Source: Anaeromyxobacteraceae bacterium
GTDB taxonomy: Bacteria; Myxococcota; Myxococcia; Myxococcales; Anaeromyxobacteraceae
Reading direction: 5' to 3'
DNA length: 64,000 nt
Assembly: GCA_047602405.1 (NCBI GenBank)
Contig: JASGHJ010000002.1
Span: forward strand, 480,001-544,000
Shown here: one piece after another, positions 19,331 through 28,580 of the stretch
Numbering within the stretch: position 1 is the stretch's first letter
How the letters are laid out: every line of letters begins with the position of its first letter
The notes under the pieces: generated by a model
What the model was told of the DNA's origin: nothing
Seen by the model: the letters and a program-made list of their open reading frames with translations, nothing else
Database searches by the model: none
Program-made: the position numbers and the translations under genes

Positions 19331-20451
19331 GCCCACGCGAGCGCGTCGACGTCGACGTGGCGGTGATCGGCGCCGGCGTGGTGGGGCTCGCCGTGGCCCG
19401 CGCGCTCGCGCTCGCGGGCCGGGGCGTGGCGGTGCTCGAGGCCGAGGCGGGGCCCGGCCGCGGCGCGAGCGCGCGCAACTCCGGCGTCCTCCACGCCGGC
19501 CTGCACCACCCCCCGGGCTGGCTGAAGTCGAGCCTGTGCGTCGAGGGGCGCCGGCTCCTCGTGGAGTACTGCGCCGCGCGCGGGGTACCTCACGCCCGCA
19601 CGGGGAAGATCGTGGTCGCGACCGCGCCCGACGAGGTGCCCGCGCTCGAGGCGATGGCGGCGCGGGGCCGCGTCGCGGGGGTGAACGACCTGTTGCTCCT
19701 CGACGCCGCCGACGTCGCTGCGCTCGAGCCCTCCGTCCGCGCCGTGCGCGGCCTCCTCTCGCCTTCGACCGGGATCGTGGACCCCGAGGCGCTCGTGCGC
19801 GCGCTCGCCCGCGACGCCGCGGACGCCGGCGCGATTGTCGTGTACGGCGCCCCGGTGGTCGGCGGCGCCGGCGCGCCCCGCGGCCTCGTGCTGGAGGTCG
19901 GCGGCGCGACCCCGTTCACGGTCCGCTGCCGCGCCGCCGTGAACGCGGCCGGCCTCGGGGCGCAGGCGGTGGCGCGGGCCATTCGCGGCGTCGCGCCGGC
20001 CTCGATCCCGCCGCTCCACCTCGCGAAGGGGAGCTGGTTCGTGCTCCGCGGCAAGGCGCCCTTCCGGCGCCTCGTCTACCCGGTGCCGGTCGAGGGCGGC
20101 CTCGGCACGCACCTCACGCTCGACCTCGCCGGCGCCGCGCGCTTCGGGCCGGACGTCGAGTGGGTCGAGGCGCCGGGCGCGCTCGCCGTGGACCCCGGCC
20201 GCGCCCCGGCGTTCGAGGCGGCGGTGCGCCGGTTCTGGCCGGGCCTGCCGCCGGGCGCGCTCGCCCCGGGGTTCGCCGGGATCCGCCCGAAGCTCTCCGG
20301 TCCCGGCGAGCCGGCGCGGGACTTCGAGCTCTCGGACGCGAGCGCGCACGGCGTGCCCGGCCTCGTGTGCCTCTACGGAATCGAGTCGCCCGGCCTCACC
20401 GCCTGCCTCGCGATCGCGGCGCGGGTGAGGAAGCTGCTCGGGGTGCGGTGA
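19327..20451 (+). CDS. FAD-dependent oxidoreductase, L-2-hydroxyglutarate oxidase-like
   Basis: VIGAGVVGLA, SARNSGVLHAG, GLGTHLTLD, RFGPDVEW, GIESPGLT. Confidence 0.88.
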   Translation: MSPRERVDVDVAVIGAGVVGLAVARALALAGRGVAVLEAEAGPGRGASARNSGVLHAGLHHPPGWLKSSLCVEGRRLLVEYCAARGVPHARTGKIVVATAPDEVPALEAMAARGRVAGVNDLLLLDAADVAALEPSVRAVRGLLSPSTGIVDPEALVRALARDAADAGAIVVYGAPVVGGAGAPRGLVLEVGGATPFTVRCRAAVNAAGLGAQAVARAIRGVAPASIPPLHLAKGSWFVLRGKAPFRRLVYPVPVEGGLGTHLTLDLAGAARFGPDVEWVEAPGALAVDPGRAPAFEAAVRRFWPGLPPGALAPGFAGIRPKLSGPGEPARDFELSDASAHGVPGLVCLYGIESPGLTACLAIAARVRKLLGVR

Positions 20452-20532
20452 CTGACTCATGGAGGGGCGCTCGGCGCGCCCCTCCCCGCGGAGCGGAGCT
20501 CCGCGGGGCCCCTCCCTGGCAGAAAGGCATCT

Positions 20533-21624
20533 TCAGGCCCGGCGCGGGACGATGCGCACCGCGGGCGTCTTCACCGCCGCGGTGACCGGCCGGCCCGGGA
20601 CGAGCCCCATCCGATCCGCGCTCGCGCGCGTGACGAGCGCGACGAGCGTCACGCCGCAATCGAGCGTGAGGCGCACGAGCGGCCCCTCGTCGCGGCGGGC
20701 CGCGACGACGCCCGCGAGGGCGTTCCGCGCGCTGATGGCCGCGCCGATGTCGGGCAGGATGACCACGTCCTCGGCGCGCACGCAGGCGTAGGCCTCGTCG
20801 AACGCGCCGCCGGGGTCGACGCCGACGAGCTCGGCCTCCCCGGCGCGCACGACGAGCAGGCCCTCCTCGCGGCGGACCGCCCGCGCCGGCAGGACGTTCT
20901 CGGTGCCCACGACCCGCGCGACCTCGGCGTCCACCGGCGCCGAGAACACCTCGTGCACCGGGCCCACCTGCCGGACCGTGCCGTCGACGAGGACCACCAG
21001 CCGGTCGCCGAGCGCGAGCGCCTCGGCGCGGTCGTGCGTGACCACGACCGCGGGGACGCCCGAGGACTCGAGGAGGTGGCGGAGCTCGCCGCGGAGCGCC
21101 TCGCGCGACGGCGCGTCGAGCGCGGAGAGCGGCTCGTCGAGGAGGAGCAGCCGCGGCCGCGGCGCGAGCGCCCGGGCGAGGGCCACCCGCTGGCGCTGCC
21201 CGCCGGAGAGCTCGGCCGGACGGCGGTGCAGGAGCTCCTCGACGCCGAGCCGGCGGGCGAGCTCGGCGACCCGGGCCTCGCGCTCCGGGCGGGGGAGCCG
21301 GTGGAGCCCGTAGCCGACGTTCGCGGCCACGGTGAGGTGCGGGAAGAGCGCGTACTCCTGGAACAGGAAGCCGAGGCCGCGCCGCTGCGGCGACACGTGG
21401 ACGCGCCGGGCGGCGCTGTACCAGGTCTCGCCGGCGAAGGTGATCTCGCCCGCGTCCGGCCGGTCGAGCCCGGCGAGCGCGCGCAGCACCGTGGTCTTGC
21501 CCGAGCCGGAGGGGCCGAAGAGCACCGTGACCGGCGCGCGGTCGAGCGGCCAGCCCGCCTGGACGGCGATGGTCGGTCCGCGGTGGAACCGCCGGACGAC
21601 GTCGAGGGTCAGCGCTCGTTCCAC
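20533..21624 (-). CDS. modC: Molybdate ABC transporter ATP-binding protein with TOBE domain
   Basis: GPSGSGKT, LSGGQRQR, LLLLDEP, VTHD, ISARN..G..C-terminal TOBE. Confidence 0.92.
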   Translation of the reverse strand: MERALTLDVVRRFHRGPTIAVQAGWPLDRAPVTVLFGPSGSGKTTVLRALAGLDRPDAGEITFAGETWYSAARRVHVSPQRRGLGFLFQEYALFPHLTVAANVGYGLHRLPRPEREARVAELARRLGVEELLHRRPAELSGGQRQRVALARALAPRPRLLLLDEPLSALDAPSREALRGELRHLLESSGVPAVVVTHDRAEALALGDRLVVLVDGTVRQVGPVHEVFSAPVDAEVARVVGTENVLPARAVRREEGLLVVRAGEAELVGVDPGGAFDEAYACVRAEDVVILPDIGAAISARNALAGVVAARRDEGPLVRLTLDCGVTLVALVTRASADRMGLVPGRPVTAAVKTPAVRIVPRRA

Positions 21625-22283
21625 CGGAAGAAGGGGCGCCGCTGCAGGGCGTAGACGAGGGAGAGGACCGCGAACGAGACGACCAGGAGCAGGCCGGCGG
21701 TGAGGTGGGCGGCGCGGTATTCGAGCGCCTCCACGTGGTCGAAGATCGCGACCGACATCGTGCGGGTCTTGCCCGGGATGTTGCCGCCGACCATGAGCAC
21801 CACCCCGAACTCGCCGAGGGTGTGCGCGAAGGTCAGGACCGCGCCGGCGAGCACGCCGGGCCAGGCGAGCGGGAGCGTGACCTTCAGGAAGGTGCGCAGG
21901 CGCGAGACGCCGAGCGTGTGCGAGGCCTCGATGAGCCGGCGGTCGACCCCGGCGAGCGCGGCCGCGAAGGGCTGCACCGCGAAGGGGAGGGAGTAGAGGA
22001 TGGAGGCGAGGAGCAGCCCCTCGAACGAGAACGGGAACGGGTGCCCCGCGGCGGCCTCGAAGAGCCTCCCGGGCGCGCTCCGCGGCCCGAGCGCGGTGAG
22101 GAGGTAGAACCCGAGCACGGTCGGCGGCAGCACGAGCGGCAGCGCCACCACCGCCTCCACGAGGAACTTCCCCCGGAAGCGGCTCGTCGTCAGCCACCAC
22201 GCGACGGGCAGGCCCACGACGAGGAGGACGAGGGTCGTGAGGGCGGAGAGCCGGGCCGAGAGTGCGATCGCCGCCGTGTCCAT
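21609..22283 (-). CDS. modB: Molybdate ABC transporter permease
   Basis: LPLVLPPTVLGFYLL, FAHTLGEFGVVLMVGGNIPGKTR. Confidence 0.95.
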   Translation of the reverse strand: MDTAAIALSARLSALTTLVLLVVGLPVAWWLTTSRFRGKFLVEAVVALPLVLPPTVLGFYLLTALGPRSAPGRLFEAAAGHPFPFSFEGLLLASILYSLPFAVQPFAAALAGVDRRLIEASHTLGVSRLRTFLKVTLPLAWPGVLAGAVLTFAHTLGEFGVVLMVGGNIPGKTRTMSVAIFDHVEALEYRAAHLTAGLLLVVSFAVLSLVYALQRRPFFRWNER

Positions 22284-22289
22284 CGCGCG

Positions 22290-23063
22290 TTACGGCAGAC
22301 CATATCCGTACTTCGCCAGGATCGCGCGCCCCTTCTCGCCGGTGACGAAGGCGAGGAACGCGCGGGCGGCGGCGGGCTCCCGCGCCGCCGCGAGGACGAT
22401 CCCGGACTGCTCGATCCTCGGGTAGAGCGCCTCGGGGACGAAGATCGTCCGCCCGGCCTTCAGCTCCGGCGCGAAGGTGAGCGAGTACGGGAGGAAGGCG
22501 ACGTCGGCGGCGCCGGTGGTCGCGAACTGGGCGGCCTGGGCCACGCTCGCGCCGAGGACGAGCTTCTCCTTCACCGCGTCGTGCACGCCCGCCGAGCGGA
22601 AGGCCCACACGGTCGCGCGCCCGAAGGGCGCCACGGCCGGGTTGGCGATCGCGATCCGCTTCACCGAGGGGTCGGCGAGGCCCGCGAGCCCGGTCCTCAT
22701 GAAGTCGAGCTTCGAGCCGGGCGGCGTCCAGGCGACGAGCTTCCCGAACGCGTAGACCCGCTCGTCCGCGGCCACGGCGAGCCCGGCGGCGACGAGCTTC
22801 GCGGGGTACTCGCGGTCGGCGGAGAGGAGCACGTCGAAGGGCGCGCCGTTCTGGAGCTGGGCGAAGAAGGTGCCCGACGCGCCGAGGGTGAGGGCGAGCT
22901 CGACGCCGGGCTGCTCCGCCTCGAAGCCCTTCTTCAGCTCCTCCGCGGCGGTCTTGAGGTTCGCCGCGGCGGCCACCGTGAGCGTGCTCCGGGGCCCGGC
23001 GGCGCGCGCGGCGGGGGTGAGGGCGAGCGCGGCGAGGAGGGCGAGCAGCGGGAGGCGAAGCAT
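22290..23063 (-). CDS. modA: Molybdate ABC transporter substrate-binding protein
   Basis: Signal peptide, VAAAANL, GASG...QLQNGAPFDVLLSAD, IAIANP..APFG. Confidence 0.94.
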   Translation of the reverse strand: MLRLPLLALLAALALTPAARAAGPRSTLTVAAAANLKTAAEELKKGFEAEQPGVELALTLGASGTFFAQLQNGAPFDVLLSADREYPAKLVAAGLAVAADERVYAFGKLVAWTPPGSKLDFMRTGLAGLADPSVKRIAIANPAVAPFGRATVWAFRSAGVHDAVKEKLVLGASVAQAAQFATTGAADVAFLPYSLTFAPELKAGRTIFVPEALYPRIEQSGIVLAAAREPAAARAFLAFVTGEKGRAILAKYGYGLP

Positions 23064-23078
23064 GGGGGCTCCGTGAGG

Positions 23079-23122
23079 ACGTTTAAGAAACAATTGGACA
23101 CGTTTAAGAAACAATTGGACAC
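23079..23122. repeat. Perfect AT-rich 21-bp tandem duplication (ACGTTTAAGAAACAATTGGAC x2) between divergent modA and porin genes
   Basis: 23079-23099 equals 23100-23120. Confidence 0.95.
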
Positions 23123-23175
23123 CTTGTACCCCACGCGGGTAGCGTCCGGCAACGTCGATCTCACCTGGAGGCCTC

Positions 23176-24237
23176 ATGCCGCTCTGCTCGCTCGCCGCCG
23201 CCCTGCTCCTCGCCCAGACGCCCGCGCCGTTCGCGGCGAAGGTGACGCCGTACGGCTTCATCAACTTCCAGTACTCCCGCCTCTACCCATCGCAGCCGAA
23301 GCCGGGCGTGAACACCTTCGAGTTCCGCCGCGCCCGCCTCGGCCTCAAGGGCGACGTCACGCCGAACGTGGCCTTCAACGTCGTCTACGACGGGGCGGAC
23401 AGCGCGCTGAAGGACGCCTGGATCACGCTCAAGGGCCTCCCGGGCGTCGAGGCCCGGCTCGGCCAGTTCAAGACGCCGTTCGGCCACGAGCAGCAGGAGT
23501 CCGACACGAAGCTCCTCTGGCTCAACAACTCGTACGTCGTCGCGGCGCTCGCGCGCGGGAAGGACTCGCGCGACGAGGGCGCCATCGTGAACGGGAAGTG
23601 GACGCTCGGGCCGGTGGCGGTGGACGCCGCGACGGCCTACGTGAACGGCGCCGGTCCGAACGCGAAGGACGATCTCGACGACAAGGGCGTGTGGGCCCGC
23701 GCGGGCGTCGCGACCACGGTCGCCGGCGTGACCCCCCGCCTCGGCGTCTCCTACGGGTACGGCCACCAGGTGGCCGCGCTCGGCGCCGACGCGAAGCTCG
23801 GCCTGCAGGGCACGGGCGCGACCGCGACGTTCGACGACACGACCTTCTACTTCCACGCGGCGGGCCTCGACCTCACGATCGACTCGCCGTGGTTCTTCGC
23901 CGTGTACGAGGCCGTCCAGTCTCGCCGCCACGTGACGAAGCACACGAACCCGACCACCCTCGCGGTCACCAACATCGTGCCGGAGGGCTGGTACGCCGGC
24001 GTCTACGGGAAGACCCCGTGGAACGCCGGGCCGGTGCTGCGCGTCGAGGAGGCCCGGCTCCCGACGGCCGCCGCGACGGCCGTGAACGCGCAGTACAACA
24101 GGCGCACGACCCTCGGCGCCTACTACGACGTCGCCCCGCTCAGCGCGCGCTTCGTCGCCAACTACGAGTGGGACCGGTCGCCGCCGGCCATCCGGACCGG
24201 CAACCGGCTCATCCTGCTGGCGCAGGTGCTGTACTGA
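23176..24237 (+). CDS. Phosphate-selective porin O/P-like outer membrane protein
   Basis: FEFRRARLGLKG, LKDAWI, LGQFKTPFGHE, SRDEG, C-terminal aromatic residue. Confidence 0.85.
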   Translation: MPLCSLAAALLLAQTPAPFAAKVTPYGFINFQYSRLYPSQPKPGVNTFEFRRARLGLKGDVTPNVAFNVVYDGADSALKDAWITLKGLPGVEARLGQFKTPFGHEQQESDTKLLWLNNSYVVAALARGKDSRDEGAIVNGKWTLGPVAVDAATAYVNGAGPNAKDDLDDKGVWARAGVATTVAGVTPRLGVSYGYGHQVAALGADAKLGLQGTGATATFDDTTFYFHAAGLDLTIDSPWFFAVYEAVQSRRHVTKHTNPTTLAVTNIVPEGWYAGVYGKTPWNAGPVLRVEEARLPTAAATAVNAQYNRRTTLGAYYDVAPLSARFVANYEWDRSPPAIRTGNRLILLAQVLY

Positions 24238-24291
24238 GGGGGCGCCCGCGTCCCGCCCGAGGCCAGGGGGGTGAGGTATCCTGGCGGACGC

Positions 24292-25170
24292 ATGGCCGAT
24301 CAGCTCCTCACCACGGTCGAGATCGCGGCCGTCCTCCGGGTCCACCCGAAGCACGTCTACCGGCTCCTGAAGCAGGGGCTGCCGGCGCGCCGGGTGGGCT
24401 CGGAGTGGCGCTTCTCCCGCGCGGACGTGCTCGCCTGGTCCGGGGGCGCGCCCGGGGAGGCGGCGGAGGAGGCCGCCACGCCGGCGCCCGCCGCGGGCGT
24501 CGCCCCCGACGCGGCCCCGGCGCTCGTGGCAGCGAACGGCGACGTGGCGGTGCAGGTGCTGCTCCGGCTCGCGGCGGCGAAGGGGCCGCCGCTCATCGGC
24601 TTCCTGCAGTCGGACATGGGCACGGCGACCGAGCTGCTCCGGTGCCGCGCGGTGCTCGCGGCCGGCGCCCACGCCGGCGGCTTCCCCGGCCACGTGGGCG
24701 ACGAGCGCGTCGCGCGCATCCACCTCGTGATGCGCGAGGTCGGGCTCGTTCACCGGGAGAAGAAGCCGGTGCGGCTCGCCGAGCTCGGGAAGCGGAAGCT
24801 CGCCACGCGCCCCGCCTCGGCCGGCGTGCGCGGGTACCTCGAGGCCGCGCTCCGCGCGGAGAAGCTCGACCCGTCGAGGATCCAGAGGCACGCGCTCGTG
24901 CTCGAGTCGCACCTCGACGTCGCGCTCGCGGTCGCCTCCGGCCGCGCCGACGTCGGCGTCGCGAGCCGCGCCTGGGCCGAGCGCGCCGGGCTGTCGTTCC
25001 AGCCGCTCGCGACCGAGGCCTACGGCCTCATCGTGAAGGCCCGCGATCTCGGCGACCCCAGGGTGGTGCGGCTCTGCGAGATCGCCCAGGGCAAGGCGTT
25101 CCGCGCCGAGGCCGGCGCGATCCCGGGCTACGACCCGGCCGGCTCGGGCGACATCCGATACGACGCCTGA
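24292..25170 (+). CDS. Excisionase-like HTH + PBP-domain transcriptional regulator (oxyanion-responsive type)
   Basis: LLTTVEIAAVLRVHPKHVYRL..LPARRVGSEWRF; SHLDVALAVASGRADVGV; GYD. Confidence 0.88.
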   Translation: MADQLLTTVEIAAVLRVHPKHVYRLLKQGLPARRVGSEWRFSRADVLAWSGGAPGEAAEEAATPAPAAGVAPDAAPALVAANGDVAVQVLLRLAAAKGPPLIGFLQSDMGTATELLRCRAVLAAGAHAGGFPGHVGDERVARIHLVMREVGLVHREKKPVRLAELGKRKLATRPASAGVRGYLEAALRAEKLDPSRIQRHALVLESHLDVALAVASGRADVGVASRAWAERAGLSFQPLATEAYGLIVKARDLGDPRVVRLCEIAQGKAFRAEAGAIPGYDPAGSGDIRYDA

Positions 25171-25201
25171 CGCGCCTCGGGGTGCGGGGCGGGGGCCGGG
25201 A

Positions 25202-25253
25202 TCGTCCCTCGTCTCCGCGGCCGCTGCGCGGCCGCTACGCTCGGGACGAACGG
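25202..25253. repeat. REP-like palindrome
   Basis: TCGTCCC-TCGTCTCC-GCGGCCGC-TGC-GCGGCCGC-TACGCTC-GGGACGA; same layout as 9525-9572 and 38874-38920. Confidence 0.7.
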
Positions 25254-25328
25254 GGGGAAGGAGTCGGAGTGGGAGTTGCCCCGCCCCAACCCGCCCCGCC
25301 CCAACCCAACCCAACCCAACCGCTCCTC

Positions 25329-25577
25329 GGCGGCCGCCTCGACGGGCCTCTCCGCCCGGAGGGCCCTGCGGCTGACCCGCCCGATGATCGGACCGGATGC
25401 GACGACCGCGTCAGGACGAGGCCGCGCTCGTCCATTCCCGTGACGCCGATGCGGCCTCGTCCTGGCGCGCATGTCGTCGCAGCGGGCCGCCCCTTCTCGC
25501 TTCCTCCCCGGCCACCGTGAACCGGCGGGGCTTTGCCTCAGGGCCCGAGGACGGAGAGGCCCGGCGAGGCGGCCGCC
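25329..25577. repeat. ~250-bp imperfect fold-back between convergent genes
   Basis: 25329-25341 pairs with 25565-25577; 25343-25372 with 25535-25563; 25399-25425 with 25451-25480. Confidence 0.85.
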
Positions 25578-25632
25578 CAAGGTCACGCCGGCAGGGAAGA
25601 CGCCGGCAAGGAGACGCCGGCAGGGAACGGTT

Positions 25633-26040
25633 CTAGGAGCGGATCACCCGGCGCCCGAGGAGCGCCGAGGGTGACCAGTGCCGCCAGGCCGAGGGCATGT
25701 GGGAGCCGACGGAGGTCACCGCGGTGGCCGCGAGGTACCAGCCGAGGCGGCCGCCCGGGAAGAGGTTCCCGAGGCCGAGGAGGGCGAGCTTGAGGAGGAT
25801 CGCGAGCCCCGAGCCCTGGCCGAGCGTCATGCAGCCCCAGGTGAGCGAGGTCGCGAGGAGGAGCACGCCGCTCGAGACGGTCACGCAGATCGGCACGAGG
25901 AGCGTGTCGTGCGTGCCGCCCATGGCGATGCCGCCGAGGACGAGCCCCATCGCGGCGATGTGGGCCGAGCGCAGGCCGATCTCGACGGCGCGCTGCCAGC
26001 CCGGCTTCGCGCCCTGCGGGGCGATGGGGAGCGGCGCCAT
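25633..26040 (-). CDS. Small 4-TM membrane protein downstream of moaA
   Basis: ATG 2 bp after the moaA stop; LRSAHI, LLKLALL, GSHMP. Confidence 0.75.
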   Translation of the reverse strand: MAPLPIAPQGAKPGWQRAVEIGLRSAHIAAMGLVLGGIAMGGTHDTLLVPICVTVSSGVLLLATSLTWGCMTLGQGSGLAILLKLALLGLGNLFPGGRLGWYLAATAVTSVGSHMPSAWRHWSPSALLGRRVIRS

Positions 26041-26042
26041 GG

Positions 26043-27059
26043 CTAGCCTCCGATGGCCGCGAGGTTGCGCACGTTGCCGGTGCGGCCCTCGGCGAGCGCG
26101 TGCGCCGGGGGCTTCGCGCCGACGGCCGCGCGGAGCGCCGTGACGAGCGCGCCCCGCTGGTCGTCCGCCGCGAGGAGCGGGCGGAGCGGGATCTCCCGGT
26201 CGGCGAAGAGGCAGAGCTTCAGGTTGCCGGTCGAGGAGACCCGCAGCCGGTTGCAGGAGGTGCAGAACCCGCGCGCGTAGGGCGCGATGAGCCCGATGCG
26301 CCCGCGGTGGCCGGGGTGGGCCCAGTCGGTCGAGGGGCCGCCGACGCCCTCCCGGGGCACCGGCCGGAACCCGCGGGCCTCGAGCCAGCCCTCCACCACC
26401 GAGGCGGGGAGGTGGTGCTGCTTGAAGAACGCCGCGTCGCCCGCCTGCATGAGCTCGATGAAGCGGATGGTGATGGGCACGTCGCGGGCCCACCCGAGGA
26501 ACCGCTCGAGCTCGCCCTCGTCGGTGGAGCGGAGCAGCACCGCGTTCACCTTGATGCGCGGGATGCCCGCCTCCAGCGCGGCCTCGACGCCGGCGATCAC
26601 CGGGTCGAGCCGGCCCACGCCGGTGAGCGCCGCGAACCGCTCCGGGTCGAGGCTGTCGACGCTGACGTTGAGGCAGGTGAGCCCGGCCGCGGCGAGCTCG
26701 CGCGCGATCGAGCGGAGGCGGTAGCCGTTCGTCGTCAGCCCCACGTGCTCCACGCCGGGCGCGCCGGCCGCGGCGGCGACGAGCTCGAGCACGTCGGGGC
26801 GCAGGGTGGGCTCGCCGCCGGTGAGGCGGACCTTCCGGAAGCCGAGCGTCGAGAACGCGGCGAGCAGGCGCCGCACCTCGGCGAGGGAGAGGGGCGCGTC
26901 GTCCGTGCCCTTCGGGCAGCCCTGGGGGAGGCAGTACGCGCAGCGGAAGTTGCAGCGCTCGGTGACGGAGAGGCGGAGGTACTCGAGCCGCCGCCCGAAC
27001 CCATCCACCAGCGGTGAACTGCTCGCCCCGTGCTCCTCGGCCACGCGCGCCTCCCCCAC
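26043..27059 (-). CDS. moaA: GTP 3',8-cyclase
   Basis: YLRLSVTERCNFRCAYC, RLTGGEP, FCTSCNRLR..LCLF, C-terminal IGG. Confidence 0.97.
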   Translation of the reverse strand: MGEARVAEEHGASSSPLVDGFGRRLEYLRLSVTERCNFRCAYCLPQGCPKGTDDAPLSLAEVRRLLAAFSTLGFRKVRLTGGEPTLRPDVLELVAAAAGAPGVEHVGLTTNGYRLRSIARELAAAGLTCLNVSVDSLDPERFAALTGVGRLDPVIAGVEAALEAGIPRIKVNAVLLRSTDEGELERFLGWARDVPITIRFIELMQAGDAAFFKQHHLPASVVEGWLEARGFRPVPREGVGGPSTDWAHPGHRGRIGLIAPYARGFCTSCNRLRVSSTGNLKLCLFADREIPLRPLLAADDQRGALVTALRAAVGAKPPAHALAEGRTGNVRNLAAIGG

Positions 27060-27213
27060 CCGATGACGGCCCGCAGTCTAGTCCCCTCGGGCGAACCCGG
27101 CACCCGGTGAGATGCCCGGCCGGAGGCGGTGTTTCCACCGACTCGATGCCTGCGGCAGAACGCCCGGCCGCGGGAAAGCCCTGCCCCATGCGCGTTCTGG
27201 AGTACCGCCTCGG

Positions 27214-27229
27214 TGGCACGCCGGATGCT
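27214..27229 (+). promoter_or_regulatory. Sigma54 (-24/-12) promoter of the porin-cytochrome-AOR operon
   Basis: TGGCACGCCGGATGCT: GG-N10-GC, ~95 bp before the ATG at 27324. Confidence 0.75.
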
Positions 27230-27323
27230 CAAAGGGGGCGGGCCGGGCAACACATCCGAGATGCAGGGGAACGCGCAGTGCGGGCTCCATGCGAAGCAAC
27301 CTGAAGAGAACCGAGGCGAACGA

Positions 27324-28562
27324 ATGCGGATCGACAGATTGGTCGCCCTCCTCGCCGCCGCCGCCCTCGCGCCCGCAGTGCGCGCAGGGGACGTGCAGGT
27401 GACGAGCTCGACCCAGTACCTCCGTTACGCCGATTTCCTCTCCGACAAGACCGACCAGCAGGACGTCGCCGAGTACCTCCGCCTGAGCGCGACGTTCGGC
27501 GACCAGAAGAACGTGACCGTGGCCGGCTACGGCCGGATCGTGGGCACGCTCACGACGAGCTTCGAGAGCGACAGCCGCAACGAGCTCGCGAACGACGTCA
27601 CCGGCCGGCTCTACTACCTCTACCTCGACTACCGCGACGCCGTGCCGGGGCTCGTCGACCTGCGCGCCGGCCGCACCTTCGTCGGGACGAACGCGCTCCC
27701 GGCGGTGGTGGACGGCGGGCAGCTCCGGCTCAAGAACGCCGGCGTGAAGGGGCTGAGCCTCACCGGGTTCGGCGGCCGCCGCGTCTGGTTCGACAACAAG
27801 AGCGAGCTGCCCTACGACGGCGACTGGATCTGGGGCGCCGGCGCGGCGTTCGACACGGTCGCCATGACCCACGTCGAGGCCTCCTACGGGCGCGAGTACC
27901 ACGCGTCCGAGGTCGCCCGCGACGAGGTGGCCCTCGACGTCGAGACGACGCCGTTCGCCTACGTCAGCGTGTTCGGCCGCGGCAAGGTCGACCTCGTCAC
28001 CTCGAAGGCGAACGAGCTGTCGCTCGGCGCGAAGGTCGCGCCGCTCGCCGGCCTCGTCCTGCGGGCCGAGCTCTACCAGAGCCGCCCGACCTTCGAGCGC
28101 AGCAGCTTCTACCGGTACTTCGAGGTCGAGAACTACCAGCAGGCCTCGCTGGCCGCGGAGTACCGCGTCCTCCCGTGGCTGCGCCTCGACGCGAGCTACG
28201 CGTACGAGCGCTTCGACAAGGACGAGAGCGCCAACGTCTACGAGGCGGGCGTGAAGGCGAAGCCGCTCGCGAACCTCTTCGTGAACGCGAGCTACGAGGG
28301 GCGCCAGGGCTACGCCGGCAAGCTCGGCGGCCTGCGCGCCAGCGCGGGCTACACGTTCTGGAAGGCGACCGTGCTCGCGGGCGCCGACTACGACGACTTC
28401 AAGCGCCAGGCGAGCCGCGACGGCTCCTCGAAGAAGTTCTGGGCGGGCGCCGACGTCGAGATCACGAAGACGGTCAGGGGCGTGCTGCGCCTCGAGCGCG
28501 ACACGAACTACCTGTACGACGCCGCCTACCAGGGCTTCGTCGCCGTCGACGTCCACCTCTAG
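27324..28562 (+). CDS. Outer-membrane beta-barrel protein (porin-cytochrome type)
   Basis: Signal peptide; many amphipathic strands (LYYLYLDY, DLRAGR, RLDASYAYE, FVAVDVHL); directly before a multiheme cytochrome. Confidence 0.78.
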   Translation: MRIDRLVALLAAAALAPAVRAGDVQVTSSTQYLRYADFLSDKTDQQDVAEYLRLSATFGDQKNVTVAGYGRIVGTLTTSFESDSRNELANDVTGRLYYLYLDYRDAVPGLVDLRAGRTFVGTNALPAVVDGGQLRLKNAGVKGLSLTGFGGRRVWFDNKSELPYDGDWIWGAGAAFDTVAMTHVEASYGREYHASEVARDEVALDVETTPFAYVSVFGRGKVDLVTSKANELSLGAKVAPLAGLVLRAELYQSRPTFERSSFYRYFEVENYQQASLAAEYRVLPWLRLDASYAYERFDKDESANVYEAGVKAKPLANLFVNASYEGRQGYAGKLGGLRASAGYTFWKATVLAGADYDDFKRQASRDGSSKKFWAGADVEITKTVRGVLRLERDTNYLYDAAYQGFVAVDVHL

Positions 28563-28580
28563 AGAGGACGGGGAGACACC

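Noticed and set aside
23079..23122. Repeat considered as CRISPR or iteron array
   Set aside because: Only two adjacent units, no spacers, no cas or rep gene in the window
21705..25520. Very long alternative-frame ORFs (also 27078-30089, 42442-47028, 51276-55367, 56014-59016)
   Set aside because: Arg/Gly/Pro-rich shadow frames of real genes, expected in high-GC DNA
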